NCBI GenBank assembly: GCA_951406725.2
Contig: OX597825.1
Span: forward strand, 43,834,001-43,898,000
From: Octopus vulgaris
Lineage: Eukaryota
Direction of reading: 5' to 3'
Length of the DNA: 64,000 nucleotides
Below, in pieces: positions 1 to 13,384 of this stretch; position 1 is the first letter of the stretch, and each line of letters begins with the position of its first letter. The notes under the pieces are model-generated. The model saw only the letters and a program-made list of their open reading frames with translations, searched no databases and was not told where the DNA came from. The position numbers were made by a program, and so were the translations under genes.

Positions 1-395
1 GTGTGTGGGGGGGCGTGTGTTTGTTCATGCGTGTGTGTCAAAGGAAGTTATTTTATGGCATTCTTTCATTTGAAGAAGCAAAGTTGTCAACTCGACATAT
101 ATGGGATAATATGATTGTTCATTAATTTCCGTAAAAAGTTTTTAATTTCTTTATGCTTTGAAGAGAGCAGAAATTGAAAGAGAGGATAAAGTGAAAATGC
201 GACATTTGCTCTCCACGACAAATTTTTGTAATGCAAATATGTGAATGAAATATACTTTAGTTGGTAGCTAAAATCTTATTGAATCTTTTGATACTCCATA
301 CGTCAAAATCAGCAACTCGGTTTTGGAATGCATAAGGAACATACGCACACACACACACACACACATACATGCAAACTCTCTTTTATAGATATAGA
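1..395 (-). mobile_element. 5' part of non-autonomous Helitron-like element (family of 47962-49972), cut by window edge
   Basis: Reverse complement starts A|TCTATATCTATAAAAGAGAG; 220-345 matches 48000-48135 and 45-210 matches 49230-49405 in inverted orientation. Confidence 0.6.
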
Positions 396-555
396 TATAC
401 ACACACACATATATATACATACATACACATATACACTCACACGCATAGATATATGTATATGTGTGTATGTATAATATATACATACATATACATAATACAT
501 ATGTATGCTCGTGAGTTTATATGTGTCTATACATATGTACATTTATATAAATATA

Positions 556-674
556 TATCAAAGAGAAATGGAATTTAATTAAAAATAAAACATTCAATCA
601 AAATTTACATTTCCAGTGGTCTAATTTTGATTGAATGTTTTAATCTTAATTAAAAATTCCATTTCCCTTTGATA
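556..674. repeat. Imperfect hairpin/inverted repeat
   Basis: tatcaaagagaaatggaatt...cattcaatcaaaatt vs aattttgattgaatg...aattccatttccctttgata. Confidence 0.75.
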
Positions 675-846
675 TGATTAAATACTGTAAGTTTTTGGAT
701 AATTTTCGGTTAAAAGTTGGCGGTTTTTTATTGTAGCTAGCGAAGGACTGCGTCTGCGCAGTAAAATTTGAAAAGTTAGTTCGTATAAACACGAGACAAG
801 TAGCCTTGTTTGTCTCGTGTTGGATATGTCTTAGCCCTAGGTTGGA

Positions 847-917
847 CCTACTGAAGAAAATCAGACCTTGTGAGTTCTTGACTCGCTAAAAGATGATCAG
901 AAACCAATTGGTCCAGG
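847..917 (+). ncRNA. Hammerhead ribozyme-like motif (type I, Penelope-like)
   Basis: ccta-CTGAAGA-aa-atca...tgat-ca-GAAA-CCAATTGG-TC-cagg; palindromic stem III ACCAATTGGT, GUC site; stems I and II imperfect. Confidence 0.6.
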
Positions 918-1067
918 GAACTAGATGGTAAATGTTTTTCCTTTCCAAATTTATTCCTGTCGAATTTTATCCGTTATTTTTGTGGTTTACAGAACCTAGC
1001 TGTTCTTTCTAGCGTGCTGAATTCTCTATAAGTGGATTCCTTATGTGTTAAAATATACACTATATCG

Positions 1068-1130
<63 letters not shown>

Positions 1131-1295
1131 CGTAAAGTGTACTAGCCATCTGAATGTGGCTAGCCACTGGGGGTGGGTGTTACTGACGCTTTTAGCCCCA
1201 GGAGATCGACGTCTCCAGCTGGCCTTAGACACAATTTCAGTGCCCTTGTGTTATTTGCAAAGGGAGGTCATCCTCCCTCGAAAACCTAAGTGATA

Positions 1296-1340
1296 CATAC
1301 GGACTATAGTTTCAAGGTTTTTGCCTCTCGTCAACGTATG
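1296..1340 (-). ncRNA. Minimal type I hammerhead ribozyme
   Basis: Exact reverse complement of 1490-1534. Confidence 0.8.
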
Positions 1341-1489
1341 GTAAACACCGGTTTTCGATGAAGGAGACCTTTGCAAATAATATTTAACGTTTTTCCCAGC
1401 AACCACAGTCACTGATTTAGAAAAACTGACTGAAAGCATTAATAAATCTCCGAACGAGATATAAACAGTAACCGAAAACCGGTGTTTAC

Positions 1490-1534
1490 CATACGTTGAC
1501 GAGAGGCAAAAACCTTGAAACTATAGTCCGTATG
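1490..1534 (+). ncRNA. Minimal type I hammerhead ribozyme
   Basis: catacg-TTGACGA-gagg-caaaaa-cctt-GAAA-CTATAG-TC-cgtatg: 6-bp stem I, 4-bp stem II, palindromic stem III, GUC cleavage triplet; C3U core variant. Confidence 0.8.
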
Positions 1535-1742
1535 TATCACTTAGATTTTCGAGGGAGGATAACCTCCCTTTGCAAATAACACAAGGGCACTGAAATTGTG
1601 TCTAAGGCCAGCTGGAGACGTCGATCTCCTGGGGCTAAAAGCGTCAGTAACCCCCCGTGGCTAGCCACATTCAGATGGCTAGTACACTTTACGTTGTCGA
1701 GCGGTTACTGTTTATATCTCGTTCGGAGATTTATTAATGCCT

Positions 1743-1832
<90 letters not shown>

Positions 1833-1852
1833 CACACACACATACATATATA

Positions 1853-3055
1853 CAGCGTGGGATATGTAAATTGTTGCCATTTTATATTTTCTTATTTCGA
1901 GCATGCGCATTGTCTGTTTTTTTTTTATTTTGTCGGTTACACAGTATAGTAGGATCAGTTGGACACTATGAGAAAAAAACACCACCACGACGCAATTCAT
2001 TCTGCTCGAAATTTGGAAACGACATGCTGTAGTGCTTGGCATTCGCACCGGAAGCTCCAACACGAACATTTCAGAGTGTTTAGGTGTCAATCTCAGGACA
2101 GTGAAGAGGATTCGGAAACAGTTGAATGAGTCTAATGGTAATTACAAAGGTATGGCAGCTCGAAAAACTGACTCAGATTGTTCTGATAAGAAAAGAACTT
2201 CTGAATTTGCTTGTGAGATCCAGGCTATGATTGACAAGATCCCTCCAAATCAATCAGGTCCATCGCCAGGAATATAGCAGTGTCTGAGTTCCTATCAGAC
2301 AGGTAGTGCGTGAATACATTCGGTATTCCTCATACAAGATGAGAAAGGGCCAATTTTTATTCCATGCCATCAAGGACAAAAGGAAAGACTGCACTACGAA
2401 GTTTTTTTAACAAACTTAAGCATCCCCTCCAACTCAACATGCTTTGGTTATTCTCAGACAAAAAAAAAGCACTTTCTGCCAGGATCAGATGGCGAACACA
2501 CAGAACAACCGTTGGCTTGTCGTATCCCCAAAACATCTACCGAGAGTACATCCAGTCAACATCATGGTTTTTGGAGCGATCACTAGTGAGGACGACGTTA
2601 TGCCTCCATTCATCTTCCCACACGACCCCAGACTCAACACACAGGCCTACATCAAGTGCCTGGAGGAGGTAGTGGTGCCCTGGGTCAAGAGGTTGTCAGA
2701 CAATTTCTGAGACCATATCAACCCTAACATCACGCCACCTAACTCCCTAGATTGCAACCCCCTAGATTATTATGTGTGGGGCGCATTTGAGAGAGAGACC
2801 AACAAAACTCCTTGTAACACCAAAGATGAACTGAAAGCAAGGATTATGGCAGCAATCACCAACTTAAACAAGGAGACCGTCCAGATGAGTTACAGGAGAT
2901 TCTGAAGCCGTCTGTAGGCCGTGGTTGAACCCAATTGCGAATTTATTGAATAAATTTACTCTTTAGTATTTCAAGATATTTTAATATAATTTTGGTAAAT
3001 ATATCGTTTAAAATGAGATGTCAGTGTTAGACGACTATTTATTCACCGCACCCTG
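1853..3055 (+). mobile_element. Tc1/mariner superfamily, maT (DD37D) transposon with disrupted transposase
   Basis: TA-flanked CAG..CTG ends with imperfect TIRs; HTH-like ORF 2032-2277; FSD..FCQD, IMVFGAIT, PPNS.DCNPLDYYVWG motifs; frameshifts; QDSA segment deleted near 2690. Confidence 0.85.
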
Positions 3056-3138
<83 letters not shown>

Positions 3139-3307
3139 GCGTGTGTGTTTGCGTGTGTGTGTGTGTGTATGTATGTATATATATAGATACATACATACAC
3201 ACACACGTACATACATCTATCCATACATACATACATGCATGCATACATACATACATGCATACATACATACATACATACATACATACATACATACATACAT
3301 ACATACA

Positions 3308-3340
<33 letters not shown>
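3056..3340. repeat. Compound microsatellite (TA)n(GT)n(TACA)n
   Basis: Direct reading. Confidence 0.95.
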
Positions 3341-3799
3341 GAGTAAACACATACTAAAGCGTAAATACATTCATTAAAATACAAAATTTGCACCCACACC
3401 GGAATTACTCACTTGTACAAACAAAAGAATATATTTTTAACCATTTTCCTAAACAGATAGCTGATGTAAGTCGGCATTGGAATTTCATGAGTCACATTAG
3501 AAGATGAGGGTGGTACTGGCTGGTTAGAACAAAATGTCCAATTTGGTGATGCTCTTGAGAATAATTATTACATTTAAATTACAGATGGACGTGGCTAAGG
3601 AATGGACAAGCTTTCTTGTAGTCACCTATGTATATATACATTCACGAATATATGTATGTGTATATATATATATGATGATGCATACATGTATGTATTTAGC
3701 AATATCATATATATAAACATACACACGCACACACACGCATATATACATATATGTGTATGCTTACATGTGTATATCATATACGTATAAATAAATCAACCA

Positions 3800-4720
3800 A
3801 TGGCTGTAGTTGGATGTTATACTTCAAACTTGATGTTGTTACTGGTGTGGTAGATTCTTATGATCTCATTTCTGGAGTAGAGCAGCATTAGGACATCGTC
3901 CATGTGTCCCTGGCAAAGTGTGCTTTACCGCCCGAAGTGCAGTTCTTTGTGTTCTCTGTTGTTGTAGCCATGATCCGAATTTTGGTTATCATCGGGATAT
4001 ATTTTGATTGCTTATAGGTGGTATTTCTATAGATGCAGTATATGTAGGCAGTGTAGAAATTTAAAAGGAAGCTAAGGCGTGTACGAGGGGAGTCAGTTGA
4101 GAATTTATGTTCCCTTTCCAGTTACTGGCGGTGTAATTGGATAGCTTGTTGTATGACAGTTTATAGTGAGCAGCATCCAGACTGACAGCGTAGTTGTTGT
4201 CTATTAGGGTACCATGGAGAAGTATTTAACAGCTACCTCTCGATAGTGTTAATCTAGAAGTTTAAGTAACTATGAGAGGATCAACTCTATTTTTTAGCGA
4301 TATACCAAGACACTGTTGTATGTTCGCATATTGAATAGCATGCCTTTGGATATGCTCCTCATAGGTTATTGCATCTGTCCTCAACTCAGATCACTGTATC
4401 ACTACGCCACTGGGTGTGTCTACCTGTGACAGACACACCCATTGGTGTGATAGGTAGCATATATTTCTCGTTTGTCCTGTAGATTTGAACCTTGATCCCT
4501 CATTGGGTGACTCATTGGGGAGTAGCTGGAATCTGGACCCAAACAGTATGATTTTTAAATGTTTGTTCACATCTGCAGCCGTTGGTTTGCATGAATTCTT
4601 CTCGTGTGGATAGCATCTCCGTATTCTCCTTTCCTTTTATAATACGTATCATTACGGCTATTGCTGCTTTTTATGTCCACATTAACGTATACGCCACTTT
4701 ACAAATGGATATAATAATCC
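3800..4720 (-). pseudogene. Degenerate Penelope-like reverse transcriptase fragment
   Basis: Manual minus-strand translation with frameshifts gives, in order: AVSLDA/SL*T..QQAI (RT3), YCIYRNTTYKQSKYIPM (RT4 Q..G.PMG), HFAR/MDDVLML...NNIKFEV*HP (RT5-6). Confidence 0.65.
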
Positions 4721-5871
4721 AAAATTCTTTCCATGAGTTAAATATCGCGAATTTAGGTTCCTTGGTTAGTAGTACAATCTCTTCCTCGTTAAGTGTTTCT
4801 GTGAGGTCTGTGACTTCTTAGCGGGAGATGCAGGTGGTTTGTGGTTGTCTTCTGTTGGCATTGAATGTGTTGTATCTATATCTAAGAGTCAGACTGTTCT
4901 TAGTGTACCGTCTATATTTTAAGAAGACTTTCGAACTTGCACTTGCTCTCAGTTGGCACTAACTGAATGTTTATCGGCTAGATATGAATGTTAACTAATG
5001 GGCTTCGTAGCAAATTTCTTGTTGAAAATTATTTAGTAATCTCATCTTACGGAAAATACATAGGATGTATTTGAGTGATTTAGTAGCTTTTTACGAGATT
5101 TAGGAAATATTACCAATATGCATACACACATATATACATATGTATATGTGTATATGCATGTATAATGCACACAAACATGCATGCATGCATGCATGCATGC
5201 ATGCATACATACATACATACATACATACATACATACATGCATACATGCATGCATGCATGCATATACACATGTATGCATATGTAACGAATAGCTTCCTAGA
5301 TTCAAAGCCATGATTCGAAACCGAATCTACATTTTTCTATCAGTTTCTTTCCTGCTGTTCTGAACTTTTGCATTAAGAAATGTATGTGAATCAACTGTCA
5401 CACTTAGCCAGGTTCTGTTGCTTAAGTTAAAATTCTTGAGTTAAATAAAGTACGAGAGGGATAATCCCATTACTTTCCATTCAATAAGCTTTCCAACATA
5501 TATAAATACAGTAACCAATTCCAGTTCCTTTTTTCTTTCGGCACCGAGAGAGGAAGCACTTGATGCGAGGGGCTACACAGCTCTTACCCTCTCTTCTTGC
5601 CTAGACTCTCTTACTGTTTCTCTCATTCCTTTTCCCACCAGTCTTCTGGCTGTCACCCACGGATGAAGTTACTATCAACAAAATGGATAACAGAACGGCA
5701 AATAAGTTGTGTATCACAACTCAAATTGTATCCTATATTGTAACACTGAGAATGGAAGGCCAAATAAGAATGAAAGGCTATTTCAATTAGTAACATTTTC
5801 TTCCTCTCATTTTAAACTGCTACTTATCATCATTATCCATATATACATTAATATACATTTAGGCATACGAG

Positions 5872-5913
<42 letters not shown>

Positions 5914-8310
5914 ACAAAGAATATTGGTGCAATATACAGTTGTGAAATAACGTGATTGTCATTAAGACTGTGGACTATTTACAAAAAGTAAAAACAGTAA
6001 AGTGTATTAATAGTATGAAATGACATAAAGACTAATACTTGATATAGAGCATTCCTCGAAGTATTATGTCCACCATCATTTCGTACCAATGTATAACACT
6101 TCTGTTTTTATTTCTCCAGTAATTCATGCCAACAAAGACCAGGACTAGATCAAAGTCAACTACTGCGCTAAGCACAGCCCAACACTGTTACTTCCAAACC
6201 CTTCCATTGACAAGGTAGTTATATGTAAATATGAGTTGAATGTAAAATAATATATGTAAAATTTAGTTTTGTTCCGTTAATGACTTCCGTGCAAGTTGCT
6301 CTGACAACAGAGTGAAACCCCAGTTTTGACAACTGTTCTAATTGGTTCAACATATAAGCCAGACCATCAGCTCTCGGATCTTCAAGAACCAACTGACGGA
6401 ATTGTTAGGTTAATTCAGTTAGAATAACCTTAATTTTGCGTTTCCTTCATTCTTTTTTAAACGCTTAAAATTTCCGATCAATATGTCAATATGCTTGCTG
6501 TACTTTTAGTTGAATTTCAGAAAATGGTAGAATTTTATATTATTTTTGAAATGATTGCCACATCAAAACTATAAATTTTTCTTTAGTCTTATTTGAAATC
6601 TTAGACTTTAAAATTAAAAGTTCCCATATTAATAAGTCAGTGAACTCGAAGTGTGACATTTCAGAAAGATAGAGTGGGATCAATTGATTCACAATGGCTT
6701 GTTGGTGTTTTTAATAAAAGTATCAGATCTTCTACAATTATTTACCATACAAAAGTATAATTATCTCCTATTAACTTAATGACATGAAACTGTAGCTAAG
6801 CACTGGACTTTTCATACGTTTGTTATTTATGTTATAATGTGTGATGAATTAACACAGGTTATGAAGTAACAAAAATTGGTACAATACTGAACACAATACA
6901 GCTCAGCACTATTTACTTAACTTACGATCTGAAATCAAAACCTACCAGAGTGAACTTTGCCTTACATTCGGTGTCAGTAAATTAAGTGCCGCTCAAGTAT
7001 TCGAAGTCATTTAAATCATCTGTATTCCATCTTCATGAGTCATTTTATACTAAATTGAATTACATCTACGTTGACTTTCAGAGATTTCGTTTTTGGATAC
7101 GGGTCGTCGATGGTAAAGTGATACTTGAGGAATAACAAACAAAATACTGAATATTTCAAAGGTTTTAGCTATCAGGTGGGTGCAAAAATAATGGCAATTT
7201 TGTTATTTCATAATTTGATGGTAAGGTTTAGGAATAAATGTTATTAAACTGTTTTCGTGTAATATACGATTTTGAAGTGCAGATCTCGGCCTAGTGATTA
7301 ATATCAATATTAATCAAGCTTTTAGTGTATCTTTGTTATTTTGGGCTGTCAAATTAAATATGGGGGTGGGGAAAGCGAAATCTCTTCAACTATATGTGTG
7401 AGTGCATGAGGATATATGTATGCATGCATACACTAGCACACAAATACACCAACACATACACGTACATATACACAAATGCACAAGCACTCATACACACACA
7501 CACACACTCATACAATGGACGCCGCATGTTTACAAGAGAAAAGAAGACACCAAATAGCATAAAATATCATACTTCTAGAAAACTGACACGTCAAAAAAAA
7601 AAGGTCGTGGATGGTGCCAGGTGGAACTTGTACTTGATGGCTCGGGCATTACATACCTTATAGCGGATACTGCGATCCTGATCCAATTGGCGATGATCAT
7701 CAAACCGCTGGAATTCTCATTGGTGATCTTCTAGACCTACTGGATGAAAATGCTTCTTTCCCTTGGCCACGAGAAATATGTCTACGCCAGAAGCTTCATT
7801 CCCTACCCTGAATAAAGAACCAGCCTTGTCTCATATTGTGTCCAGCTGATTATTGTTGAAGAATTATATTAAGAATACACGTGTCTGGAATACTCTCCCA
7901 TTTACATGCCCATTCAACGAGGAGACCGTTACATTAATCGAACTATTGACACAATCATTGTCGAAACGGATTCATATGTTTGTGCGCACGCGTGTGTATA
8001 AAGATAAAGGACCGAATAAAAAATCGTCATCATTACGATCATTGTCAACATCGTTACCCTCACCATTATCGTCGTTGTCGGTATCATTACCATCATAATT
8101 GTCCAGTTAATTAATTGTGCTCTAACATGCGGTTAATCAGTCTGCCTAAACAGGAAGTGCATGACTGACACTCGACCTATCACCCCACCTCCTCCACCTA
8201 ATGTCTATGGCGACATTATAGCATCGATTCTTTTTTTAGTCATTTAACATGACTGTGTTGGTCAACACTGACTGGTATTCCTTTTGTACAAGAGCTAACT
8301 GGAGATTCAC

Positions 8311-8430
8311 TCATCATCATCATCATCATTGTTCGACCGTGGTCGAGACAATGGAATTTACTATGTTACGCCAGACTTCACGGTCCATCATAGCATTACG
8401 GAGGATACCTGTTGCTGGATACCTGTATCC
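8311..8430 (-). mobile_element. 5'-truncated RTE-type LINE 3' end
   Basis: Encodes ..RDTGIQQQ/LRNAMMDREVWRNIVNSI..; (GAT)n tail; 12-bp TSD ctggagattcac at 8299-8310 and 8431-8442. Confidence 0.8.
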
Positions 8431-8693
8431 CTGGAGATTCACACATACCAGACTAACATTTTCTAAGACATACAAGACAGTGCGTTCGTCAATTAAATCT
8501 TTCATTAGTTAACTTTCTCTTCCTTTCTTTTTTTATTTTTCTTTCTTTATGTATTTATTTATTGTTTTTCTTTCTTCCATCTTTTTCTTATGTCCTTCTG
8601 TATTTCTTTTAATCATATTTTATATATTTTTATTTTTTGTCGTTCCTTCTCTTTGGAATACTTTCTGGCCCACAAGAAATAGTCACCAAATAT

Positions 8694-9130
8694 TCGTATC
8701 ATAACCAGGCCTATTCCATTTTTTAGGAGGGGGTATCCACAGAAAGACACACACCAGGGGTTCCATTCATTTCTCAGCTCAAAGGACGAACCCCGTTCTA
8801 CGTTCAGGTCAAGGCCCCTTGTCTTTATCTTCCTGCCTTTTTAGGAATATGGATTTACTAGGAGGAGTGGACTCCCAGTCCCCTCGCAGCTGCCCCTTAC
8901 GCCATGCAAGGAATACGGTGACTGTAATCGACAGATCCTTCCCCTCCTCCCAGCTGCAAGGGGGTTTGCTAGTTAACCCATAGCTGGGATCCTTACAGTT
9001 ACTACCACTCCGGGTCAGAGGAGACCTGGGAATAATAGTGGCTAAGAGGTGGTTCCATACTCTTCAAACCCTGAAATAAGGGCCTCAGGGTCCCACTATC
9101 GGATGAAGTTTATAGTCATTCCCAGGACAA
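8694..9130 (+). mobile_element. Non-LTR retroposon insertion (LINE 3' end or SINE)
   Basis: GC-richer 437-bp insert bounded by 17-bp TSD aaatagtcaccaaatat (8677-8693, 9131-9147); strand inferred. Confidence 0.7.
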
Positions 9131-9309
9131 AAATAGTCACCAAATATACCTGAAAACAGTTGTACGGCGTCTTAAATATTAAATGAACATATTTCAAAAG
9201 AGAATTACGAATGTTTCGAATATGTGCAAGAAGCAAAAGTAGAAAGTGATAAAGAGAGAGACAAGTGTGTGAGGGAGAAAAAAGAAAGAGAAAGTATGTG
9301 TGTGTGTGT

Positions 9310-9347
<38 letters not shown>

Positions 9348-9891
9348 AAGAGAGTGTGTATGTGTGTGTGGGTGCGTGCGTGTGTGAGAGAGAGCGAGAA
9401 AAAGAGAGTGTGTGTGTATGTGTGTGTGCGTGTGTATGTGTGTGTGCGTGTGTGTGTGTGTGCGTGTGTGTGTACAACTTTTGTACCTGTTAAAGTGGTA
9501 GTGTCATCGGTAGGAATGATTGATGGAGTGGGAACGGTAGTTGTAGACGGCGGAGCGTGTTGTATTTATTTAAAATTGCACTAACATTTTAACATCATCA
9601 ATTACTTAACACGTGTGCTTCAGTTCAATTAAGTGTCGTTTGGTAAACCTTTACTTGTAAAATATGTTGAGCCATAGGTGATCAGTAAAGTAAAGGCACC
9701 GGAAATTAAATTTTTTTAAATTTTTAAATTGAACTGACTTTTTACAGGTCAAACACTGAAGAAAAATTCTGCAAAGCTGGTTATCCAACACTTTCTTTAG
9801 ACATGTTCTATGACTGAAAAGGACTATTGAAGAATAAAAATATAAGCAACAGAGATGGGCTGATCAAACACTATGAAAGCCTCTATTAAGT

Positions 9892-10097
9892 TTCAAATTT
9901 TGTCACGACGCCAGCAATTTCGGGAGAGGGGCCAAGACAATTAGATCGACCCCAGTGCTCTGGTACTTCTTTTATTTACCCCGAAAGGATGAAAGGCAAA
10001 AGTCGGCCTTGGCAGAATTTGAACTCAGAAAGTAAAGACGGACGAAATGCCGCTAAGCATTTTCCCGGCATGTTAACGATTCTACCCGCTCGCCGCT
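9892..10097 (-). mobile_element. tRNA-derived SINE with MetaSINE-like central domain
   Basis: Matches 45976-46165 and 31717-31926; domain gactttgcctttcatcctttcgggg. Confidence 0.8.
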
Positions 10098-11601
10098 TTA
10101 GTCGCTATTAAATATTACTAAGCAGAACCACTTGGCATTTCCAAGGCAAATCAGAGGGATATAATTATAGATGATTAAACTAATCTTCCACTTGAATTAA
10201 CATCAGCTACTTCCGTAGAGTCCATTCTACTGTAAATATTAGGACAGGCATTCGGTCTGAAGATAAGAGAGGTCCTCTAACTACGCTATACCAAAGGATA
10301 CCTAGTAAAAGATTTTTTTGGTGGGTCTTAAAACAGTTCAACTAGGAGGACTGTTCTATAGCAAAAACTTCTGAAACACATTGGCAACGTTCTATGTCAC
10401 TAGGATGAATAAGAGGTGGCAACAACGTTAGGCGTGCGTTTAATTTGTTCCTCCCTTTCACAAAAATATCGTCACCTAACCTTCATTATGAAGTACATTT
10501 TAAAGCATTATTAGCAATACTGCTGCTTCGCTTGTTATCTGAAATTCCAATGTAATCAGAAGAATGCGACGTGATTACGATAATTACACTTCTAGTGGCA
10601 GGCAATAATATATCATCACTAAGTATCATTGTTTGATACTAATTGGACTCCAGTTAAAAACTGGATAACTCGGATGATAGCCTATCATATATTTCTGACC
10701 TAAGCAGGAAGCTTCAAATAGATAAAGATAATTTTAAACAAAACAAAACAAAACAAGATGTCGTAATGTGTATGTCTTTCCTGAATATACTCGAGTCTGG
10801 AAAATAGAAAATATGCAACATATAATCTAAGAAAGAAAAATCAGAGATTTGTCGCGCTGTTTTTGCATGTTCCAGTTTGATATTGCAAGGAGTTACATAG
10901 TCTGCTAAGTAAATGTTTACCTTCACATGACGATAAACTGCTTCTGTGTTGAACAAGGTTCATATCATACCACTCCCACAAAGTATGACTACGATCAGAA
11001 TACTAAACAATCACTACCTCATCCACCTGAATAAAATTATTTACATAAGGAAGTATACTTTCTCACACTATACAACAAGGGCACCTTATAAGCGTTGAGC
11101 ATTTCGTTCGTAAATTCTGGGTTTATGCCCTAAAATGAACATAGTTTAAAGAAAGAGACTGTCTTCATACATTCTAGGAAGCGAAAATGTTCAACCGTCT
11201 CCTATTGGTACAATCGTTATAGTATTCACGATGTTCATGCAGACATTCAAGTGTGCTCGTACATGCTGCTGTTAATAGCGTGATTGATCTTGTTACTGTA
11301 CTGCCTGCGACTAATAAGTCCTCCACCACCACTGCTGTAACTATGATCATCAGTATTTCTACTACCACCCTCACCAACTCTAATTACCACTACTTCAACC
11401 GTTAGTCATCGTAATGTGATCTTGAGAGTTCAAAGGTTTCAATCATATTCTCACTGCATGCGAACAAAATAGAATCGCTTTAAGATGCTAAAAACTTGCG
11501 TTGCATGCGAGCGTTAACACACACACACTGCTAAAATTTGAAAGTATTTATGCACTGACATTCCAAACATGTCCGGTTTAACTGTCACTTATATTTTTGG
11601 C

Positions 11602-11793
11602 CTGGATTCTCAGTCTTTTGGTTAAAATTAACGAGGTGCATCCCTTCTAATCAGTTTAATATCTGATACAACCTTTACATAGGAACCTCGATATTAAACT
11701 GAATTTTGATTAGTGTGGAAAATTAATGTCAAAACTTAATCGACCTTAGCCACTGATTCAATGGGAATTAAAGAACATTCAGAAGTTAATCCA
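11602..11793 (+). pseudogene. RNU2: U2 snRNA pseudogene
   Basis: ttctcagtcttttggttaaaatta~U2 stem I; atcagtttaatatctgatac identical to U2 stem IIa; atattaaactgaattttg Sm-site region; branch-point recognition GTAGTA is mutated; 3' end approximate. Confidence 0.8.
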
Positions 11794-13029
11794 ATTAGAG
11801 CGAGCTAATAAAGGTGCTTGTACGTGGTTGCTGTGCAAGCTTGAATCGGCGATCCATTAATTATCCAGGGTCCGGTTGATTGCAGCTCAACTGGAGCTAA
11901 ATACAATCAACAGCAATTAAATATAATCACAAACAACTTGTGTCTCTATGATGCAATTATCCTTGAGAGTTTCATTATAATAACCCTTATCTCTAAATCT
12001 AAACTGTTAGTTGTGACAGCTATAAATACTTACTGCCTAATTATGAATAAACTGAAGAATCTTCACATTGATCATAAAATTTTACAACAACGAAAAGTTA
12101 CTTGATTGGCTTTGCAGTTATTGATTATTGCCACTCTCCCTCTTCATTAATTAAACATCATTTATTTTATACCAGTACTTCTAATTTACGGTGTGTTATA
12201 CAAATTAAAATAGCCGCTACAGTAACAGCTTAACTCATATAACAGCTGCATACTTTATGCCTGTGGTTAGCAAACTGTTCTTACTCATGACACCCACTGC
12301 CAATCTCTAATTTTCCTGAGATCCTTTAGATATTATTAGTGAAAGAAGCGCTTCAGTTTTCTAATAAATAGTTAATAGTAGAATCAAGTCACTTTTGAAA
12401 AGTTTTTAAAACTTTGCTGCACCTGAGCACTGTATACATTCGTTTCATTATTATGATAAAATTTATAAAATTTTTGAAATAAGAACGTAATTTCAACTCT
12501 ATGTTGCCATAAATTAGTTTTATTAGTAAAAAATTTATTTGTATGAATATCTAAAAATTGATAATTTATAATGAAAACAAATTTTTTTTAAAGTGTGTAA
12601 TACGCATATAAAATTTTTCTCAAAGGTGTTTTTTTTATTTACCAGTAACGTAATGAACTCCAAAAAATATCGGTATGTATTAATTACACATTTATTCTCT
12701 ATTATCCTAATTATCCTATTTCATAAAAACAAAACTATTTTTGTGAGTTCAATAAGACAAACATTTATACTCATACATTGTTTTTTTATATATATATATA
12801 TAACATGCATAACAACACTCTTTTGTCAACAAGAAAATTAATAACTTGTAAAAAGATTATTGCTTTTTGAGCACGAAAACAATATCATGTTACCTATTTT
12901 ACTGAATTTATTCAGTAAGATCCTTGTGGCTGAAGCGTTTCGCAAGTTTTTCTATATTAGGGTCCATGGTTGATAAAGAAAAACGAAAACCACTTCTACT
13001 TAAAAATTTCTCAGCAAATATTTTTTAAT

Positions 13030-13240
13030 CTTTTTATTTGCTTCAGTCATTGGAAGCGGCCATGCTGGGCTACCACCTTGAGGGTTTAGTCGAGGAAATC
13101 GGCCCCATAACTTTTATTCTTAAGCCTGGTGCTTATTCTGTCCGTTAGTATTGACGAATAGCTAAGTTACGGGGGACATAAACAAACCAGCATTGGCTGT
13201 CAGTCGATGGTAGTGGGTGAACACAAACACAAACACAAAG
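13030..13240 (-). mobile_element. 3' half of abundant tRNA-SINE (family of 32273-32680)
   Basis: cagtcatt..gcggccatgctg..ctaagttacggggacataaac homology; 5' half at 14345-14505. Confidence 0.75.
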
Positions 13241-13289
13241 ACATATACATACACATACGCGCGCATATGTATGTATATATATATATATT

Positions 13290-13312
13290 ATTATTATTAT
13301 TATTATTATTAC

Positions 13313-13384
<72 letters not shown>

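Larger units (their letters stand above)
1129..1741. mobile_element. Fold-back element (Penelope-like inverted pLTRs) between two (TA)n tracts
   Basis: About 225-bp near-perfect inverted arms 1129-1357 / 1473-1695; 1702-1740 also inverts 1436-1474; each long arm carries a hammerhead. Confidence 0.8.
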
